A stretch of DNA of 58,542 nt from an uncultured Lentisphaeraceae bacterium (GTDB lineage Bacteria; Verrucomicrobiota; Kiritimatiellia; RFP12; UBA1067), in the NCBI GenBank assembly GCA_964390795.1, contig CAYMLQ010000002.1, forward strand, positions 1-58,542. Direction: 5' to 3'. This document shows, piece after piece, positions 1 through 6,600 of the stretch. The notes below the pieces were generated by a model. That model made no database searches. It had not been told where the DNA came from and saw nothing but the letters and a program-made list of their open reading frames with translations. The translations under genes and the position numbers were made by a program. Position 1 is the stretch's first letter. Every line of letters starts with the position of its first letter.

Positions 1-2
1 TG

Positions 3-404
3 ATGGAGTCCAAGCAGGTGGACACGGTCAGCAAGGTTCCGCTGCTGGGCGACATTCCTTATTTGGGGCGGCTGTTCAGCTACAAAGGCACGGAAAGGAG
101 GCAGGCGCATCTGGTGCTGCTGATCCGTCCGACGGTGCTGGATGAAGACAAGCCGAATACGGGCTTTGAAGATCCCTCCCTGAAGATTGCGGAGCCGATG
201 CTGCAGGGGGTCGGAAAGACGCTTGCGCCGAACAAGGGCGAGGATCCGCTTGTCGCCAAAGAGAGGTCCCTGCTGGAAAGAATGGGCTGGCGGAAGAAGG
301 CAGAGGCGACGGAGCCGGCCGAAGCGGTTGCCGAGCCGTCGTCCGAAGCGCCTGTCACGCCGGTCAACCACGGATCGACCGAGGCCGAAGCCGCCGGGAA
401 GTGA
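3..404 (+). CDS. Secretin (GspD/PilQ family), C-terminal end only; the 5' part lies outside the window
   Basis: The frame is open to the window edge. VSKVPLLGDIPYLGRLFSYKGTERRQAHLVLLIRPTVL is the conserved C-terminal secretin-domain signature. It is followed by an Ala/Glu/Pro-rich tail. Confidence 0.75.
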   Translation: MESKQVDTVSKVPLLGDIPYLGRLFSYKGTERRQAHLVLLIRPTVLDEDKPNTGFEDPSLKIAEPMLQGVGKTLAPNKGEDPLVAKERSLLERMGWRKKAEATEPAEAVAEPSSEAPVTPVNHGSTEAEAAGK

Positions 405-493
405 GAAAAGTGAAACTTTTTTGCCCACGAATGGCGCGAATAGACGCGAATGGATCGATGTATTGATTCGTGAAATTCGCATGATTCGCGGGC

Positions 494-549
494 CAGAACC
501 CTGAACGCTGAACCCAGAACCCTGACCCCTGAACGCTGAACCCTGAAAG
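494..549. repeat. Tandem heptanucleotide tract, 8 units
   Basis: Read directly: cagaacc ctgaacg ctgaacc cagaacc ctgaccc ctgaacg ctgaacc ctgaaag. Confidence 0.9.
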
Positions 550-559
550 AGTGGAGGAA

Positions 560-717
560 CTACGAAACACGCAAAAAACGCGAAATGAATGCCTTGCGGA
601 AAAAGGATTGCCTGCGACCAAACAACCACACCGGTTGGGTTTGAATCGAGTGAGATGGCAACGGATCTCCAAAACATGGGTCATAGATCATTTTCGCGCA
701 TTTCGCGTGTTTCGTAG
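560..717. repeat. 158-bp element copy A with terminal inverted repeats (MITE-like or structured RNA)
   Basis: ctacgaaacacgc (560-572) is the exact reverse complement of gcgtgtttcgtag (705-717). The arms extend imperfectly (cgcgaaatga / tcattttcgcg). Confidence 0.7.
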
Positions 718-818
718 TGACGTAAGCTGCGCACCCGTTTGTAGTGAGCCCGTGAGGGCGTTCTTGTTCGATTTTTCGCCGGCAGCCGACTTTTCCAGCG
801 CAAGCTGTTGTAGGATTA

Positions 819-907
819 TGAACGCAGAACCCCTGAACCCTGACCCCTGACCCCTGAACCCCTGACCCCTGAACCCCTGACCCCTGAACCCCTGAACCCT
901 GAAAGAG
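819..907. repeat. Tandem 7/8-nt tract (TGACCCC / TGAACCCC units) ending in CCTGAAAGAG
   Basis: Read directly: tgaaccc tgacccc tgacccc tgaacccc tgacccc tgaacccc tgacccc tgaacccc tgaaccc tgaaagag. It has the same terminus as tract 494-549. Confidence 0.9.
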
Positions 908-915
908 CGGTGAAA

Positions 916-1073
916 CTACGAAACACGCTAAAAACGCGAAATGAATGCCTTGCGGATCAAGGGTTGCCAGAGACCAAAAAACCTCACCTGTTGGATTTGA
1001 GTCAAGTGAGAGGGTAACGGACTCGCAGCACATTGATCAAAAATCATTTTCGCGCATTTCGCGTGTTTCGTAG
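916..1073. repeat. 158-bp element copy B, exactly 356 bp downstream of copy A
   Basis: It has the same 13-bp termini (916-928 and 1061-1073) and the same length as copy A. About 24 mismatches to copy A by hand count. Confidence 0.7.
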
Positions 1074-1105
1074 TGATATAAATTGCCGGATTTAGGCTGA
1101 GACAA

Positions 1106-1621
1106 ATGCTGCAAACAACGAAAAGCGAACGCACGATCCGAACCGCCGGTTTCACGCTGGTGGAACTGATGGTGTCGCTGTTGATTGTCGGCATCGTGAT
1201 GATGGGCTGGTGGCGGATCATGAACGCAACCAGCCCTTATCGCGAGGCGCAGCGCCGCGCGGCGGTGGAGGTTGCGGCGGGGGTGCTGGACATTCTGTCG
1301 GATCCTCTGTTTTCCGAGGACGATGCCAGCCTGTGGGTTTATCAATTGGTAGAGCCAGTCACGTCCGGGAGGGTGACAAAGTACTCGATGGATAAAAGCC
1401 AGAAAATCCCTTTCCCAGCCGGGTGGCTGCCACACGGCACTCTTATGAGGTACACTCTGACCGTGGAAGGGGGCGTCACACCTTCAGTGAATGCGTGGCA
1501 GAGGTGGTCAAGTGGGGGAGTTCCCGTGAGTTGCGTATGGTCGACTATCAGGCTCTATGACAGGGATGAAACAACAAATCACTTTGCCGTGTTCACACAG
1601 TTACTTCAGGTTATACAATAA
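1106..1621 (+). CDS. Prepilin-type N-terminal cleavage/methylation domain protein (pseudopilin)
   Basis: ATG start. The N-terminus RTAGFTLVELMVSLLIVGIVMM carries the class III signal (G/FTLxE plus a hydrophobic helix). Confidence 0.8.
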   Translation: MLQTTKSERTIRTAGFTLVELMVSLLIVGIVMMGWWRIMNATSPYREAQRRAAVEVAAGVLDILSDPLFSEDDASLWVYQLVEPVTSGRVTKYSMDKSQKIPFPAGWLPHGTLMRYTLTVEGGVTPSVNAWQRWSSGGVPVSCVWSTIRLYDRDETTNHFAVFTQLLQVIQ

Positions 1622-1631
1622 GGAATTACCG

Positions 1632-2312
1632 ATGAAGTACGGCAGGTCAGACAGAGCCGCCAAGCGGTTGGTTCCGGACAATGCCCCTACTCCTTCAGCT
1701 GTTGATAGGGGAACGTCAGGTTATACACTGATCGAGCTTCTGGTTGTTGCGGTGATTATTGTTGTGGCGGTCGTGAGTGTGGGAACCGGTTTCGCCCGAA
1801 TCTCTTCGCTGGAAGAGAGTAACCGCGAAAAAGCAAGGGTGCTCGAGGCGCTATGCGTTCGTGCTGCGGTCATGCAGCCCCGTGTGGCAATCGGTGCGGC
1901 GGTTACGACGTTGACTGCGGATTCGGAAGTCAAAATCCGGTATCCTAAAATTATCTTTGGCGTGGCGTTCGAGACGAATCAGTTTCTGCAAGTGACGAAC
2001 TACGTGATGCGCATACGCGATGCGACCGGGACGCTGGAAGGACAGGTCTACAGCGCCAAAGAAACGAACCAGCGGCGCGAGCAGGCCTCTTACGGGTGGG
2101 CGGACACGCTGTTTATCCGCCAGTCCCGACAATCTCAAATGATCGGAAACAGTATGATGCCCATCACTGATTGGGCCGACCCGAGGGTCACCAACGGGTT
2201 GTTGGTTCGGTATTCAGCCGATGTGCCGATGATGAGCAACCGTGTTCAAATTATCGATGAGGTCAGTCTCACGGTGCCGGTCAGGTTACGGAACGGCAAC
2301 GGGGTTTATTGA
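1632..2312 (+). CDS. Prepilin-type N-terminal cleavage/methylation domain protein (pseudopilin)
   Basis: The internal ATG at 1632 is preceded by aagga. GTSGYTLIELLVVAVIIVVAVV is a class III signal. The track ORF begins earlier at 1557. Confidence 0.75.
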   Translation: MKYGRSDRAAKRLVPDNAPTPSAVDRGTSGYTLIELLVVAVIIVVAVVSVGTGFARISSLEESNREKARVLEALCVRAAVMQPRVAIGAAVTTLTADSEVKIRYPKIIFGVAFETNQFLQVTNYVMRIRDATGTLEGQVYSAKETNQRREQASYGWADTLFIRQSRQSQMIGNSMMPITDWADPRVTNGLLVRYSADVPMMSNRVQIIDEVSLTVPVRLRNGNGVY

Positions 2313-2332
2313 ATCGGAACGGGGCTGTTCAA

Positions 2333-3682
2333 ATGAAAAACGGAAAAGAGACGTGTGCGCTGAGGAGTGCGGACTGCCTGATGAGACCGGGCAGAACCAG
2401 CAATGGAGGTTCCCGTGCCGGCGGCATGCTGATTGCGCTGAGTCTTTTCTTTGCCGTAGCCGGTATCTTGTTTGGCCTTGGGCGTCTGAAGGCGCACGAG
2501 TTACAGGTGAAAAGGCGGCTGGAGCGCCAGTACGAGATCGACAAAATATTGGCAACCCGGAGTGCGTTGAACATGATCCGGGCAACGACGGTGGCAGCGG
2601 TGACGGGTGAGGAAGTGAGTGGCTTTACGAACAGTTTCTCGAGCGGGTTAGGACAAGACTTGGAAGTGCGAGTGATTCCTGTTCCGCCACTGCTGCGTGA
2701 AGACATGGAAACAAATGTGAATTGGAGGATAAAAGCGATCCCCCCTACAAGAGTAAAGCTAGGTGAAGACCCTGCCTATCCAGCATCAACATCGAGGGAC
2801 AGGGTCGTTAGATTTTCATGTCTTACCGGTTCGGTTGAGCGGAGTTGTGCCATTTTCGAAAAGTTGATGTTCAAGAAAGAGAATTCGACGAACGAGGTGC
2901 CTTTAAGTTGGCTAGAAACACCGTTCGGCTTGATTTATCGTTTGGATCCGGGTTCTGCCGCGGCATCAAACGGGTTTTATCGTTTAGGATTCTATCTCGT
3001 CGGGATGGGTGGGTCGCAGGGGCTTTCTTTTGGTGGAGTCCTTACTGCAGGTAACCTCGATAATGCAATGAATGAATGTCCTGCGATCATGCTAGAGACC
3101 ACGGCAACCAGCTTGGGCGGGTACGGGGAAAGCGTTATAAGGAACTTCAAAGTCAGAAACATGCCAAGCGGTAGTTCCGACATCGGGATCGTCAATTGCA
3201 TCAATAATGTCGATTGCAAACTAATACAAGCATCTGGTTTCTTGCTCTCCGGATATAATGCCGTGGCGTTCGCCGAGACCTCGCTGGGCGATATGGTTTT
3301 CTCGGATTCGCTGCCTCCTTTGAAGGATTTGGTCGATGACGACGCGTTCACGAATTCGTGGATTGTGATCAAACATACTTTCCCGGCTAACTTCGCTCCT
3401 GGAACCAATGCGACGATGACCATTACGCTTGACTCCTTTGATGTACGGGAACCGAAGACGTTTGCGGTGTCCGTTTTTAACAGGGAAGTCGAGAAAAAAG
3501 TCGAACTGACGGGAACAAATTTTATCCCCGATGTGTCCACCTGGACGTTGATGACCTCGTTCCCTAATGGCATGGGCGGTTTGGGACAATCATGCGTGAT
3601 CGACACGTTTGGTGCAGAGACTACATCGTTGTGGAGTGAGAGAAGAGGGATTGATCCGAGGGAAAAGGACAAGTTGAGATAA
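2333..3682 (+). CDS. Hypothetical membrane-anchored protein in the pseudopilin operon
   Basis: Long ORF in an AT-richer segment with one N-terminal hydrophobic helix (GGMLIALSLFFAVAGILFGLG). No family recognised. First ATG at 2333; the track start at 2309 is TTG. Confidence 0.6.
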   Translation: MKNGKETCALRSADCLMRPGRTSNGGSRAGGMLIALSLFFAVAGILFGLGRLKAHELQVKRRLERQYEIDKILATRSALNMIRATTVAAVTGEEVSGFTNSFSSGLGQDLEVRVIPVPPLLREDMETNVNWRIKAIPPTRVKLGEDPAYPASTSRDRVVRFSCLTGSVERSCAIFEKLMFKKENSTNEVPLSWLETPFGLIYRLDPGSAAASNGFYRLGFYLVGMGGSQGLSFGGVLTAGNLDNAMNECPAIMLETTATSLGGYGESVIRNFKVRNMPSGSSDIGIVNCINNVDCKLIQASGFLLSGYNAVAFAETSLGDMVFSDSLPPLKDLVDDDAFTNSWIVIKHTFPANFAPGTNATMTITLDSFDVREPKTFAVSVFNREVEKKVELTGTNFIPDVSTWTLMTSFPNGMGGLGQSCVIDTFGAETTSLWSERRGIDPREKDKLR

Positions 3683-6600
3683 TGAGAACATCTACCGGGA
3701 TTCTTTTCGGATTGATTTACATGGCCGGTGTGTCGGCCCACGCTGTTCCTGCACCTTCAGCGGTATCGGCATCTTTAGGAACGAGTACGCAATGTGTCAT
3801 TGTGCAATGGGGCAGTGTGTCCAATGCGGTTGCATATCAGGTTCAAAGGGGTACGAGTTTAGATGTTTATGGAGAATTGATATACAATTGGCGCTCCGGG
3901 TGGGTGCACACACTGGAGCAGGAGGATGTAAGCGCAGGTTCTGGTGTTGTGTCGTATTATCAGGTGAGAGCCTCCGAAAGCCCCTTGGGCACAGCGGCAA
4001 GCGCTTGGAGTTCGCCTCTTGTTCGCGGGTTCCGCGCACTACCTCTGGACATGGTCATGCCGGGATCGCCTTTGCGGTTCACCCCGGGCGGTGATGCCGC
4101 ATGGGTGGGGCAGTATCCTCCTGGAGATCTGGATGATGCGTTTGTCAACCTACCGGTGACGTCCGACCAATCGACGTGGTTGTCGCTTGAGGTGTATGGT
4201 CCGGGAACGCTGACCTTTCAATGGCGGACAGACTGTGATTTCTGGGATGATTTTACCTGTAAAGTAAATGGAAACGACACTTTCGATCCTATCTTCGGAG
4301 TGACCGCTTGGGAACCGCGCACGTTGATGCTGTATGATGAAACAAACATAGTCCGTTGGGTTTACAACAATACGCCTTGGGGTAATGATGGGTTGGGGTG
4401 GGTGTGGGTAAAGGATGTGGTCTGGATGCCGTCGGGCGCCGTCCTTGAGCCTCCGGCACATGTGCAGGCGTCAGATGGTGCGTTCTTTCAAAAGACGCGA
4501 ATCACATGGGATGCAGTGCCAAGCGCAACGCATTATGAGGTGTCGAGGGCGGACTCAGCGAACGGTGTTAAAGAGATAGTGGTGTCTTGGGCTGCGGGAC
4601 TGACAGCCGATGATACGGGAGGCACCGCAGGGGCGAGCTATTACTATTTTGTTCGTGCGGCGATCAATGCTTCAGGAGAAAAAGCCAGTAATTACAGTCT
4701 GCCTGACATCGGGTTTGCGGGACGGCGACCGGGCAATGACTATATTAGAGACGTTGCGGCGCTGGCCGGTTCTGACGTCGGCGTGACGCAAGGTGACTGT
4801 ACCTGGGCGTCGGTGCAATCGGGCGAGCCTTTGCATGCCGGGTTTGCGGATGCGACGAATTCGGTGTGGTGGAACTGGACGGCCACGGCGAACACGTCGG
4901 TCACGTTTAAGGTGCAAGGGAGCGTGACCAATTATCAGGCGGTGCTGGCGGTCTACACGAATGCGGGCAGCGTGGTCGGAACGCTGGTGCCGATCACGAG
5001 CGGGTGGCAGGATACAAACGAGTGGGCCGGCGTGACCTTCGACGCGGTGGCGGGCGCGACGTATTTCTTTGCCGTGGCGGGCCGCGACGGGGTGGGCAGC
5101 CCCGTGACCCTGCGCTGGGCCGTGGAGGGCTGGCAGTGCCCCGCGCCAGCGAACGTTCAGGCGACCGACGGCACCCTGATCGGGACGGTTCGGGTGACGT
5201 GGGACGCGGTGGCCGACGCGGAGGCGTATGAGGTCAGCCGTGCAGCGACCCTCGGAGCGGGAACAAGCGAGGGGATGCCTGGAACGCCGACCTCCGACCT
5301 CCGATCTCCGACCTCCGACTTCCGACCTCCGACCTCTGAAGTCCTCGGCAAGCTTGTGGTGTCGCCGTGGTGTACGTCCGTCACCTTTGATGACACCGCC
5401 GTAAGCGACGGCTCCACCAACTATTACACGGTCCGGGCTGCGTTCGACACGACCGGCTGGGCCGCGAGTGCCGACAGTCTGCCGGATACTGGGTATGCCC
5501 AGCCGCGTCCGGCGAACGACCGGCTCGCGAACGCGCAGGTGCTTGACGCGCGATACGGCGGCTCGCTGCCGGGCGATTGTCTGTGGGCCACGTTCGAGCC
5601 AGACGAGCCGCTGCATGGCGGGGTTGAGGGCGCGACCAATTCGGTGTGGTGGAACTGGACGGCGCCGACGAACGCTTCGGTGTTTTTCGAGACGCAGGGG
5701 AGCGATACGAACGTCATGCCGGTGTTGGCCGTGTATACCAACGCGGGCAGCGCGGCAGGCACGCTGGTCGCGATCACGAACGGGGTTTCCGGAACGAACG
5801 GCTGGGCGAGCGCGACCTTTGACGCCGTGGCGGGTGCGACGTATCTGATCGCGGTGGCGGGTGCAGACGGGGCGGGCGGGCCGCTGACGCTGCGCTGGGC
5901 CGTCGCGGGCTGGCTCTGTCCGGCCCCGGTGAATGTGCGGGCGTCCGACGGCGCGCTGTACGAGACGGTGCGGGTGACGTGGGACGCCGTGCCTGACGCG
6001 ACGCATTACGAGGTCTGGCGCGCGGCGAGCCTCAGGCCGGGCAGCCTGAAGACGCGGGTCTCGCCGTGGGTGCCGGCGACCTTCTTTGACGACACGACCG
6101 GTAACCGCGGCGTGACCTATTACTACTTCGTGCGGGCCGCGACCGACGCGGCAGGCTGGCTGGCGGGACCGTACGGTCTGTCCGACGCGGGCTCTTCGGG
6201 TCTGCGTCCGTCGAACGACAACCAAGTCTCGGCTGCGGTGCTCGCGGGCGAGGCGGGCGTCGCGGCCGGTAACAACGCGCTGGCGTCGTTTGAGCCCGGC
6301 GAGCCGGAGCATGGCGGCTTTGCCGATGCGGCGAACTCGGTGTGGTGGCGCTGGGTGGCGCCGAGCAACGCGGTCTTCGTCTTTACCACCGAGGGGAGCG
6401 GCACGAACTTTAATCCGGTGCTGGCGGTGTATACCAATGCGGCTGGCGGACTGGCGCCCGTGGCCGCTGCGGAGCAGGGGGCGAACGCGTACGCCCAGGT
6501 CGGCTTTGTGGCGAAGGCGGGCGTCACATACCTGATCGCGGTGGCCGGACGGCAGGCGCTGGGCGGTGCCGTTGTGCTGAACTGGGAGCTGACGCTGCCC

